63,277 bases of DNA, filler included, from Octopus bimaculoides (GCF_001194135.2; 6 parts of 6 records of this genome joined end to end with filler, not necessarily neighbours in it), one strand, 5' to 3'; shown: positions 11,389-23,199, counted from the whole stretch's first letter. Numbers and translations: made by a program. Notes: generated by a model from the sequence alone, not told the origin.

Positions 11389-13700
11389 TTAAATATTCAA
11401 CTTTAGAAAGAATTTTTTGATGAAGTGTAGCTCCATTGCTTTTCGGTATTGCCGGTCTCCCCGTGTATATTTCGGAAAGGGAAAGATTTTGAATTTTCCG
11501 TCGCCGCATATTTCCAGATGATTGTTTAACGGAATCTTACGTAATTCCTCTTGCCGGATATATAGCCTCTGCATTCGTGCAGGTTCGCATAGGGAATTAT
11601 TTGTTTCGCCAATATAATTTTCTATGCAGTTGGGGCAGGTAATGCAGTTAATGAGGTCCTGCGTTTTGAAGTTCACATTTACATTTATTTTGAACGAGAA
11701 TGCGCTCTTGAATTTTATGTGGAACAACTCTAAGTATTTAAAGTTGTTGTTGCATGTTCCACATCTCCTATCTCCACGTTGCTTTACTAAGAATTCTGAT
11801 TCATTTCCTAACGTGAATTCTGGTCTCGTTGGCTGTTTTTAAGATCTTTTGGTTGGTGACTACTATTCCGTAAGGTTTTTTTTCAATTGGATTTCTTCAT
11901 TTTCGGGCTTTCGAGGAATATAGGTAACTTCGATATTTTGACATGGTTATCTCGGGACTGTGTATTAACAAACGGGATCGTGTGTTCATTAATTTTTTTC
12001 CTGAGGTGTCTCTAGTTAGGTGATGCTTAGTTTCTTTGCCTCATTAATTAATCCTAAGGGGTATTTCTGCATTGTGAGGATGTCTTTGAGCTCGTCGAGT
12101 CGGATTTCACGTATTTTGGGGTCAGTCACTAACACAGATGCGTCTTGCCATGCTGTATGGGATGCTTCTGTTGTTGTGTGATGGATGGCAAGTAGTACTG
12201 GTGTGTGTCAGTTTTTCTTCTTTTTTTTTTTTTGTAATATATATCTGTTGTGACTGTGGAGTTCTGTATTTTTATGTGGATATCCACGAATGGTAATTCA
12301 TGGTAACTGGATTCTGTCGTGAATGTGATGGATGGGACAGTGTGTTCAGTATATTGTTAACTATACTTAGGACCTCATTGGTTCTATCCCAAACATTGAA
12401 TCAATCACCAAGGAAGCGTTCCCACTTTTTAATTATATACTTCTTGTAATCCTGATCAAATGCTTTCTCTACTTCCTCATAAGGTTTTTCTTTCAAGTAA
12501 TCCAAGACTAAGTTCTCATATGAGGGTGCAGACCGCGTCCCCATAGCCGTGCCTTTATCTATCGATATGCTTTATTATCGAATATAAAGGTATTTTCTTC
12601 TAGTACCAGAATTGAGGACTTGGTGATGAAGTCAGTCTTGAAGCATTCATTTATCTGTCCTCTATGTTTCTGTACCCAGTGCTTGACTGCTTCTAGGCCT
12701 AAAGCGTGAGGTATATTGGTATAACGATTGGTGACATCAAAACATGTAAGTATAGTACCTTCTGGGACAGTGGGTGGGAGGTGCTGGATGAAATCTATGC
12801 CATCCCGTGTACAACTGGGTATTGAAGGGCACACAGCTTTTAGGGGTATATCTAAAACATGACTTAGTTGTTTTGTTAGTGCAGCAAGTATGGGTCTAAG
12901 TTTGAGATCAGCAGGTCTTAGTATTTTTATGTATTTGTTGTTCTGCCTAAGGATGGCATTTCGTATTTCGGAACTTTTGTGTATTTTGGACAATCCGTAG
13001 AACTTGCTCTCTTTGATTACAGAGTTGCATATATAATCTTTCTCCTTGTCTGTGAAGAAATCTTGGTATTCATTGATAAGTGCTCTGACTTTATTCATTA
13101 TTGTTTTTATCTGGGTGTCGTGGTTCTTCCTTGTAGTAGGTTTGGTTTGTTAATATATTGTCTTTATAATAGTTCTTGTCCATTATTACTATAGCTCCTC
13201 CCTTATCAGCTTCTTTTAGGATGATTGATTTGTCATGTTTGAGTGTTAGTAAGGCTTCCTGTTCTTCTTCACGAAGGTTTTGTTTGTATTTGTAGGTATT
13301 TAGTGGAAATTTTGGAATTGTGTCTATATACGCGACTAAATATTTGTCATTTCCCTGGTAGGGGATGCAGTGGGATTTTTTCTGACTATTTATTCATTAT
13401 TTATATCCTTATTGTCGAAAAATGCTATAAGCCGGAGATGGTGGTTGAAATGTTAAATATCACATTTTAGTTCAATGAGATTAGGGGTGGGCGTCAGGTT
13501 AAACTTGAAACCTTTTAATAGGAGGTTCATCTCATTCTTGTTGATGTTTCTATTTGACATATTTATGATCATCGGGTCTATATGTTCTGTGTGTTCATTA
13601 AAACTTTGTGTTATGTCGGGTCTGGTACCTGATTGTGGTATTTTGTCCCTAAAAAAATTGTGTCACCGCGTATCCATTTTTTGATTTCGGAGTTCTGGTG
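11389..13700 (-). mobile_element. Near-full-length decayed Penelope-like retroelement (RT plus C-terminal GIY-YIG)
   Basis: N-terminal IINMSNRNINKNEMNLLLKGFKF; RT motifs YGLSKIHK, LRPILA, FDVTNRYTNIPH, GTAMGT; GIY-YIG segment CITCPNC..YIGET. Multiple stops and frameshifts. Confidence 0.92.
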
Positions 13701-13787
13701 CCTATGTAGGCTGAAGAACGGTTCATGTTTTTTGTACGAAAGTACGTGTATTATTCTTATAAGAAACGCTCATACGGGAGGAGTAAA

Positions 13788-13871
13788 TCTATATACATAA
13801 TAACACTTTTAATGTTGCTCCCGAGAAAGTATAAAAGTAATTACCCGATCAACGACGGGTATTACTGCTAG
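13788..13871 (+). mobile_element. Miniature non-autonomous Helitron candidate (84 bp)
   Basis: A|TCTATATACATAA at the 5' end; hairpin tacccg/cgggta (13842-13861) 6 nt before CTAG|T; inserted between A and T. Confidence 0.6.
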
Positions 13872-13984
<113 letters not shown>

Positions 13985-14084
13985 NNNNNNNNNNNNNNNN
14001 NNNNNNNNNNNNNNNNNNNNNNNNNNNNTTAATTAATTAANNNNNNNNNNNNNNNNNNNNNNNNNNNNNNNNNNNNNNNNNNNN

Positions 14085-14275
14085 CACCCATCATCGCTTG
14101 ACAACCGATGCTGGTGTGTTAACGTCCCCGTAACTTAACGGTTCGGCAAAAAGAGACCGATAGAATAAGTACTAGGCTTACAAAGAATAAGTCCTGAGGT
14201 CGATTTTCTCCACTAAAGGCGTTGCTCCAGCATGGCCACAGTCAAATGACTGAAACAAGTAAAAGAGTAAAAGAG
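14085..14275 (+). mobile_element. SINE family A, 3' half
   Basis: cgcttgacaaccgatgctggtg...gaccgatagaataagtact...ccagcatggccacagtcaaatgactgaaacaagtaaaagag. Confidence 0.9.
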
Positions 14276-14554
14276 AGTATAGTACCATATCTATAGATAT
14301 CACGGTTTAAGTTATTAAAAATCCCTTCCACTTTTAACACATATTTACGAATTTAAAATTCAAGCGTCTATTTCAACCATGTGATTATTTACTAGACTAT
14401 TTGGGGTCTACTTCTAGCAGACTGGCGTTGTAATTATTCAGTGCCCTTGTTACAATTTATACACACACACACACACCACACACACACACCACACACACAC
14501 CACACACACACACCACACACATACACACACACATATATATATATATACATGTGT

Positions 14555-14700
14555 GTGGGAGAATGTACGAAAAAACAACAACAGACGTGGACAGGTGGTG
14601 TAAATAACAAAAGGATGTATTAGTATGACGCTCGGGAATACGGAAAGTCTTTGACGTTTCGAGCTACGCTCTTCAACAGAAAGAATACGGAGACAAGGAG
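14555..14700 (-). repeat. Penelope-like pLTR-derived repeat containing the best hammerhead-like motif (14648-14684)
   Basis: Reverse complement: tcttt CTGTTGA A gagc gta gctc GAAAC GTC aaaga. Confidence 0.6.
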
Positions 14701-14721
14701 AATGCTTGTGTGTCTGTGTTT

Positions 14722-14838
14722 GGCAAAAGAGACCGATAGAATAAGTACTAGGCTTACAAAGAATAAGTCCTAGGGTCGATTTGTTCGACTAAAGGCGGTG
14801 GTCGAGCATGGCCGCAGTCAATGACTGAAAGCAGTAAA
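14722..14838 (+). mobile_element. SINE family A, 3' fragment
   Basis: Repeats the 14140-14260 block. Confidence 0.85.
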
Positions 14839-15085
14839 CGAAAGAATAAAAATATATTGAAAGTGTTACTTTTAATGTTATATTACACTAGAGTATAAAA
14901 CTATACCTTTTTACGTGTATAGAGAATATACATTTGAGAATTATTGAGTTGGGAGGCTAAATAGATCCAGCCACTATTTCGTATTACATGGCTGATCTAT
15001 AGAAGTAAATCAGATTTGTCATTATTCATTTCGTACAAAGAATTTTGTTCCCTTATTATTTGTGCATACAATACTTATTATATTT

Positions 15086-15298
15086 AAGGCGGTTAATTGA
15101 AAGTCTCATTAGTGCGCCGAGCAAAATGCTTAGCTGCATTTCGTAGGTCTTTACCGTCTGAAGTCGAATTCCACCAAGGCTGACATTACCTTTCGTCCTT
15201 TCGGGGTAGATGAATTAAGTACCAGTTGAGCACTGAGGTTGATGTAATCGAGTTACACCTCCTCCAAAATTTCTGACCTTGTGCCAAAATTTGAAAGT
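15086..15298 (+). mobile_element. SINE family B
   Basis: tRNA-like head plus cctttcggggtagatgaattaagtaccagttgagcactg plus ccttgtgccaaaatttgaaa tail. Confidence 0.85.
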
Positions 15299-16511
15299 AA
15301 TATTTATTAGATTTGCTTCATGTTTATCCCAGGATTATTAAGTTTAGGATGTTTTCAAAATATTTAAGTCAACGCAATATATTCCACTCTGTATTGAATT
15401 GCAAGTAGATTCTAGTTTCGTTATGTAAACATGTGAGAGAGGGAGATAGGTGTGTGTGCTACTGATGTTCTTATGTGTTTAAATATTAACAAATATGGTT
15501 TGAGAACCTTTTCTGCATCAAACTGTAATGAAAGAGATACTTTATAAAGGTAAAATATATTAAGAATGTGCACGGTATATGAAGCTTAAAATATCCCCGA
15601 GCAGATTGTAGGTATATCAGAAACTGTTTGATGGAAATAACGACAGAAAATGATGAAAGACCAATCGTCCATCATTATTAAAACAAGTAAATATGGCTAT
15701 CTGAACGCAAGATCAAAGATAAAAATCGATTGATAGAAGCGAGTATCACAAATATATATTTTCTGATATCGATCAAAAGATAAAATTTAGTGAACCACTG
15801 TATACAATGCTAGATATATTTGGTTCATTGAATTGGTTATCGTCTTGTTCAACAATTCTTTTGATGAGCATTCATAGACTTAAGCAACGTTAGTTTTCTT
15901 GTTGAAAGTACCTACTCTGCTTCGATGATGACCTTATTTTCAGTTGTATTTGTGGCTTCTTTCTTGACACAATTTTCACTTTTTATTGCTGAAGATTGGA
16001 CAGAACAATATATTTAGATTGAAGCGGTTCTTGATATTTCCTGAGGAAATAAAATAATGTTAGAAATATATATGTATATGTATANNNNNNNNNNNNNNNN
16101 NNNNNNNNNNNNNNNNNNNNNNNNNNNNTTAATTAATTAANNNNNNNNNNNNNNNNNNNNNNNNNNNNNNNNNNNNNNNNNNNNTATGTGGGATATAAAA
16201 TATGGAATATATAATATATAATATAAAAAAAGATGGATGGTACAATGAAATGAAGTATTGAATGTCTTATTGAATATATGGAATATGTCTTATTGCATAT
16301 ATGAAATATTGAGTGTTCAATATAAAGGATTAAATATATAAATATATAAATATATAAAGGCGAATACGTATTTTCTATACCTTGTGGTATTTCATCGTGG
16401 CCGGTATGACAGACTGTTTGTATGTATGTATGTATGTATGTATGTATGTATGCATGTATGTATGTATGTATGTATGTATGTATGTATGTGTATAATCAAA
16501 ATAAGCAACAG

Positions 16512-16620
16512 GATATCGAGTTGTAATGCAGTACGACCGTTTCAAACGGCTCCGCTTAATTGAACAATGCAATCAAGACAGTTTAAATGCAGCTGCACAA
16601 AATATAGAATTTTTTAACAA
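16512..16620 (+). CDS. Candidate exon, CUB-like N-terminal half
   Basis: cag|ga tat cga... open frame GYRVVMQYDRFKRLRLIEQCNQDSLNAAAQNIEFFN|gtgaga. An upstream phase-compatible donor gccg|gtatga at 16404 adds WYFIVA. Weak acceptor. Confidence 0.3.
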
Positions 16621-17900
16621 GTGAGACACATTAATTTCATTTTTCTTAAATATCTTAACAGAGTAAGAAGATGGAAGTAATTCATGTTGTCGCTATTGTA
16701 GCAATGTGACTATGAATAGATTGCAATTTCTTAGAATCACATGGAACATAGTTGGTCATAGGCTCGTAAGGGTTGTAATTCATTTCTAATTTATTTATCT
16801 CTTCACCATCTATTAAATCCGAGACTAGAAGACTGTGTCTATTTTGAATAAAGAACAAGAGAGAGTTGACAGCTCATGGTTAGGTATGATCATAAATATT
16901 AACGTAAATATCCCTTTTCCCCAAGAGAAAGGAAATAAGACATTAGGAAGACTCAATTTGATAGATGTAACTATCTGTAAAAAAAGAGGTACGGTAGAGG
17001 TAGAGTTTAAACCATGATGTTACCAGTTAAAGGGGCAAGACACTAATAAATTTAAGATGCTAATTACAGAGAAAATTTATTAGGGGCACGATGGGGAACG
17101 TTTATAAACAATATAGTTATGTTGTATAAAATAAAATTTAAGAATTCCAAAATGATATCATAACTAAAAGGTGCGTAACTCAAAGGTGTGTATGAATTCC
17201 AAAATGATATGATAGCTAAAATGTGTGTATGTATCAATTATTAACATTAAAACGGAAGATTATGCAGAATCCGTTTAATAGCCATTCTTATACTTAATTA
17301 ATTATTAGGTGGTTTCTATAAAAACTACTCAAGGTACTTATGGAGTATCTGGAACGACATACATACTATCTGTTAATTTTAAGCCATGAGTCAGAAGCGG
17401 GATATTGAGATGATAAAATCTAAAGTATAAAAAAATATAAACAATATAAATACTCTAAACTAAAAATATGTGCTGATATAAGTATGTGTAAAGTGTAAAA
17501 TAATGCATACAGATACATATACAAATAGAGTTTTGTTTTTACTTCGAGCTCTGTGGATAATACCGGACTGACTTTGTGCTTCAACTTAAGTACCTAATTC
17601 AACGCTTAAAAGGATACACATACACAAATAGGTGTGTGTTATATAACACACACACACACACACACACACACANNNNNNNNNNNNNNNNNNNNNNNNNNNN
17701 NNNNNNNNNNNNNNNNNNNNNNNNNNNNNNNNNNNNNNNNNNNNNNNNNNNNNNNNNNNNNNNNNNNNNNNNNNNNNNNNNNNNNNNNNNNNNNNNNNNN
17801 NNNNNNNNNNNNNNNNNNNNNNNNNNNNNNNNNNNNNNNNNNNNNNNNNNNNNNNNNNNNNNNNNNNNNNNNNNNNNNNNNNNNNNNNNNNNNNNNNNNN

Positions 17901-17977
<77 letters not shown>

Positions 17978-18222
17978 CACACGTATGCCTGCATGTATAT
18001 GTGTGTGTGTGTAAATATAAATTTAAATGCATAAATGTAGGTATATGTATGCACATTACGTACACTCTACTCTCTTCTGCCTTTCACATGTATTTGCCAG
18101 TCTTGTCTGTGTTGTTTCTAAAATTGTATTTTTTTAAAATTCATTATCAATTTACTAAATTTCATTCGCCATTCTATACATTTCCATTTGTAATTGGTTT
18201 GTTGTTTCATTTTGTGTTTTCC

Positions 18223-18308
<86 letters not shown>

Positions 18309-18513
18309 ATTTCACTATTTTAAGTATTCACCTTTGCAACTACTGAAATACAATATGGGCAAATTAAACAGAAGATCGTATTAGCTTAAGCTGTGACATT
18401 GTAACTCTGAAACGATATTTGTTCATCATGTGAGCGTGGTGAATAAATCAGGTGAGAAACAGCTTTCATAATAACAAACTATGGTGATGAGTCCTGATGT
18501 TACCGACACTTTA

Positions 18514-18555
<42 letters not shown>

Positions 18556-19288
18556 TGTGTGTGTTTGTGTGTGTGTGTGAATATGAATGCGTGTACACAT
18601 AAAAATATACATATACACATAATAATAATAATGTGCTTTAAAATGCACGACACGTTACTATATCTATGTCTCGTTAAAATATATTTCAATATTGCACACA
18701 AACTATAGGGTTGCGTATACTTGGAGGAGTTAAAATTGAATTAACGACAGAAAATACTATTTCGATAACGTTGATAAAATGTTTTTATATTTACAACATT
18801 ATAGAAACGAATTTAATGGCGAACACTTGACATTATTCAGAAAGAAATGATATGTTTTTCACACATTTTGTCCGTAAGGTGAATATTTCTCTCGAGACGA
18901 TTTATGCTGCGTATGTCTTTCCATGTTCGAGTATAGATGGACACGTAAATATGATTGTGCTGACCTATATTTCAGTCAACGCTGCTTAATGGGCCTCTAA
19001 CTAGGTGATTCCCGTTTTAAAAGGCTTTGCGCTCACCAGGAAACATACTGCTTGCTGTTTTAATACAAGAACAAGTTGTTAATGGTCATGGACATCCACT
19101 CAGTATTCATAGCTGATAACTCTCAACGATACAGAAATACGTTGATCTTATGGCCTGATGGCGTCTTTTATAGCACACCGGAATGTTTTTGATACGTATC
19201 GTCTATAGCGTATGTCAAGACAGTTTCTGAAGCGTATGACTTTTCATGTCCAAGTGTTCACAAGCATGTTACATATAACTGTACTTAC

Positions 19289-19330
19289 CTACATTTCACA
19301 CAGCAGATGCCGTTTCTAGATTGCAGGTAT
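19289..19330 (-). CDS. Candidate 42-nt exon
   Basis: Strong signals tctatttttttaacag| and ag|gtaagt; open frame YLQSRNGICCVKC, phase 2 to 2. Confidence 0.3.
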
Positions 19331-19351
19331 CTGTTAAAAAAATAGACACAT

Positions 19352-19441
<90 letters not shown>

Positions 19442-19658
19442 NNNNNNNNNNNNNNNNNNNNNNNNNNNNNNNNNNNNNNNNNNNNNNNNNNNNNNNNNNN
19501 NNNNNNNNNNNNNNNNNNNNNNNNNNNNNNNNNNNNNNNNNNNNNNNNNNNNNNNNNNNNNNNNNNNNNNNNNNNNNNNNNNNNNTGGTCTTCCATAAAC
19601 AATCTTACCCGGACTTAGGGCTTGGAAGGGAAATTTCTAGGTGCAATCCCAGCGGAGT

Positions 19659-19711
<53 letters not shown>

Positions 19712-20177
19712 GGGAGCCCAACAGTTACCTTACCGAAACATTAATACTTATTAATGTTGGGAAAGGTAACTTTTGGGCCACATGAATTTGTTTTGCAAGG
19801 TTCCTGATAGGAAATTATGTGTTGAAACAGATATTATAATATATTTCGAGACAGTGAATTTCTTTCTTACCAAATAAACACACGCACTATATATTCGCTC
19901 TTCAAGCGTTTATTATTGTTCTTATTTTATCTCATGTCCATTGTCTGCAAATCTTTCGTCACACATCTGTGACCATTTCAGCAACTCTTCCATCCAGGTG
20001 TATCTTCCTGTTCTATTTAGTCCGTTCTGCCTTTCTATGATGTGTATCCTTATCTGCACATGCGTTTGCGTCTGTATCTATGTGTATGAGTGTGTGTGTG
20101 TGTGTGTGTCTGTGTGTGTGTGTGTGTGTATGTGTGTGTGTGTGTGTGCTTGCTAGGATAGGCTACCCTAGCAAGCA

Positions 20178-21125
20178 ATCGAACTATAGGCTACCGGTCT
20201 AAGACATAGAAATCTGACTGGAAAGGAAGGATAGTAAAGTCCATATCCTTCATTCCCATTATGCCAAACACACGGCCTCTGAATACCTGGTCCACAAGAA
20301 CGCAGCCATTGCAGACACCGTCAGGTTCAATATCCTAATGGCGGACTTGGTGAGATTGATGAGAAATGTGTCCCGCATGTGTGACCCAACGGAATTGGAA
20401 AGACACACACAACTCTTCATCCACTGCATGCAAGTCTCTGGCAACAATCAAAGGCACAAGATTTAGAGCGTATAAAAGAGTCAGGGCGAAGTACAAGGCC
20501 ACCATAGAGAATGATGCAAATGGGATCTGACCCGTATGCAGGAACAAATGCTGGAACAGCACAGAAAGGACCAAGAATAGATAAGACCAACTGATGGTAT
20601 GAAAACCAAAAATACAGAAGTGTCACGTCCGTTGATGCTAACACTGGTGGTGAAGTAGCATGCCTTTTTAGAAAAGTATTAGGTAAGGTAAATCTACAGA
20701 TTAAAGTAGTAGAAAGGCCATAAAATCCCTGATCTGTAGAACTTATCTCTTCGATATGTCCCCATGTACCGATGACAATTATACAATATGTAGAATGAAC
20801 CATCAGGTTAACTGTAAGACTAGGAATGTAGTCTATAGCGTATGATGTTCTGAGGAACGGTGCAGAAAAAGACAAAATCTTACATCGAGGAGACAGCACA
20901 GGGGAGCAAATAGATGAACACTGGAGGAACTCAAAGAGGGGAAAAGCTCGGCTGTGATCTACCAACATGCTCCATTAGAACATAGGGGCTCGGTTAATAA
21001 CATACAAGTTAAGGAATTATCAACGCATAGAAGAGACACGACACTTAGACAGATTACGGAGGTCATACACATAGTAACAGACAGACCGAGCCTCAACAGT
21101 AAACACAACTGGAACAATAACATCT
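20178..21125 (+). mobile_element. 5'-truncated Penelope-like element (RT thumb plus GIY-YIG), possibly Naiad/Chlamys-like
   Basis: KHTASEYLVHKNAAIADTVRFNILMADLVRLMRNVSRMC...CMQVSG; CTICRMNHQVNCKTRNVVYSV*CSEERC; VIYQHA..EH; RDTTLRQITEVI..PSLNSK. Confidence 0.8.
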
Positions 21126-21271
21126 CAACACGACACCACGCAGCACGACGACTAAAAACAGAAGACAGAGGAGAAAAACAACAACAAAAAGCGACGCAGA
21201 TAAATGCAATGTAATATACACACAAAAATACAAATATAGACATACGTCCAATGAAATGTAAGAAATAGAGA

Positions 21272-21416
21272 TATAGATGTTTTCGATCTAGTTTGAATTA
21301 TTTGCCATCAAATTTGAATTCTTTGCAATCAAATTTGATTGCATAGAATTCAAACTTGATTGCAAAGAATTCAAATTTGATTGCAAAGAATCCAAACTAG
21401 ATCGAAAACATCTATA
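21272..21416. mobile_element. 145-bp fully palindromic MITE-like element built of 21-bp units
   Basis: Perfect 24-bp inverted repeat tatagatgttttcgatctagtttg / caaactagatcgaaaacatctata. Interior aattctttgcaatcaaatttg units flip orientation at gcaatcaaatttgattgc. Confidence 0.85.
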
Positions 21417-21748
21417 ATTAAACAAATGAAAGAAATATAAAGGGCACGGATACAAACAATATAGTAAGCAAGCAAATACACACACACACACACAATCACA
21501 TACAAAACACATAGATACACGTACACACAGGCACGCGCACACCCATATACAAATATGGACGCAAACACAAGCGGAGATAAAGTTATATATAATGAAAAAC
21601 AAAATAGCATAAGATTTATTTAACCATTGGAAATTCTTATATCACAACAATTGTTTCACAACTTAAGACATGCAAAGATGATTTATATTTTATTATATTT
21701 TATAATAAGAAAATTACATATGCATATTTATATATATACATGTATAGG

Positions 21749-21787
<39 letters not shown>

Positions 21788-22724
21788 NNNNNNNNNNNNN
21801 NNNNNNNNNNNNNNNNNNNNNNNNNNNNNNNNNNNNNNNNNNNNNNNNNNNNNNNNNNNNNNNNNNNNNNNNNNNNNNNNNNNNNNNNNNNNNNNNNNNN
21901 NNNNNNNNNNNNNNNNNNNNNNNNNNNNNNNNNNNNNNNNNNNNNNNNNNNNNNNNNNNNNNNNNNNNNNNNNNNNNNNNNNNNNNNNNNNNNNNNNNNN
22001 NNNNNNNNNNNNNNNNNNNNNNNNNNNNNNNNNNNNNNNNNNNNNNNNNNNNNNNNNNNNNNNNNNNNNNNNNNNNNNNNNNNNNNNNNNNNNNNNNNNN
22101 NNNNNNNNNNNNNNNNNNNNNNNNNNNNNNNNNNNNNNNNNNNNNNNNNNNNNNNNNNNNNNNNNNNNNNNNNNNNNNNNNNNNNNNNNNNNNNNNNNNN
22201 NNNNNNNNNNNNNNNNNNNNNNNNNNNNNNNNNNNNNNNNNNNNNNNNNNNNNNNNNNNNNNNNNNNNNNNNNNNNNNNNNNNNNNNNNNNNNNNNNNNN
22301 NNNNNNNNNNNNNNNNNNNNNNNNNNNNNNNNNNNNNNNNNNNNNNNNNNNNNNNNNNNNNNNNNNNNNNNNNNNNNNNNNNNNNNNNNNNNNNNNNNNN
22401 NNNNNNNNNNNNNNNNNNNNNNNNNNNNNNNNNNNNNNNNNNNNNNNNNNNNNNNNNNNNNNNNNNNNNNNNNNNNNNNNNNNNNNNNNNNNNNNNNNNN
22501 NNNNNNNNNNNNNATATATATACATATATGCATATATATACATATATGTACATACCTACATATATATGTATATATACATGCATATATGGATACAGGACTT
22601 TAAAAAAACGTGAATGCATGTATATATACATATATATGTAGGTATGTACATATATGTATGCATATATGCATATATATATTATTTATATCATTATAAGATC
22701 AAACGCCTCGCATCCATTTCCAAG

Positions 22725-22727
<3 letters not shown>

Positions 22728-22803
<76 letters not shown>
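22728..22803. repeat. (AAT)n microsatellite
   Basis: Direct reading. Confidence 0.98.
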
Positions 22804-22805
<2 letters not shown>

Positions 22806-22809
22806 CGAA

Positions 22810-22925
22810 AAAAAAACAACAACACGAGACGTGGTACATGCAAAATATTAATAAGACGCTCAGGGAAGGAAAGAAAGAGTGTTTTACGTTTCAAATAAAT
22901 TTCTACTTCAGAAACAAGAGACAGG
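22810..22925 (-). repeat. Penelope-like pLTR-derived repeat with hammerhead-like remnant
   Basis: Reverse complement of 22880-22916: tgttt CTGAAG tag aaat tt attt GAAAC GTA aaaca; homologous to 14555-14700. Confidence 0.55.
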
Positions 22926-23199
22926 AAAATCCAAGATTTTTTTCAGTTATCTGACTGCGGCGATGATGGAATACGACTACCTTTAGGCGAAGAAGTATTG
23001 GTCGATAATTGGTCGATAATTGATGAGGAACTACGGACCTTCTGTTTGTCGCCCGTTTGTTTTCACATTCAGTATATGTTATGTCGTTTGTTAATTTCTA
23101 TACATCTTTCATTTATTATATATATGTGTGTTTTTGTGTGCGCGCGCACACACACATACATGTGACATTTATGCGTGCATAAGGCGTTAAGATAACAGA

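Noticed and set aside
15880-16045. Signal-peptide-like MMTLFSVVFVASFLTQF on + and a minus-strand exon with a strong acceptor
   Set aside because: The + frame stops with no donor and its hydrophobicity follows from T-richness; all three minus frames close within 22 codons, so coding status is unsupported.
21272-21416. CRISPR-like array
   Set aside because: The units are contiguous with no spacers, inverted about a centre, and in a eukaryotic context.
22938-23070. Apparent exon ttttttcag|LSDCGDDGIRLPLGEE...
   Set aside because: It is the reverse complement of the SINE A 3' tail followed by a pLTR-like fragment.
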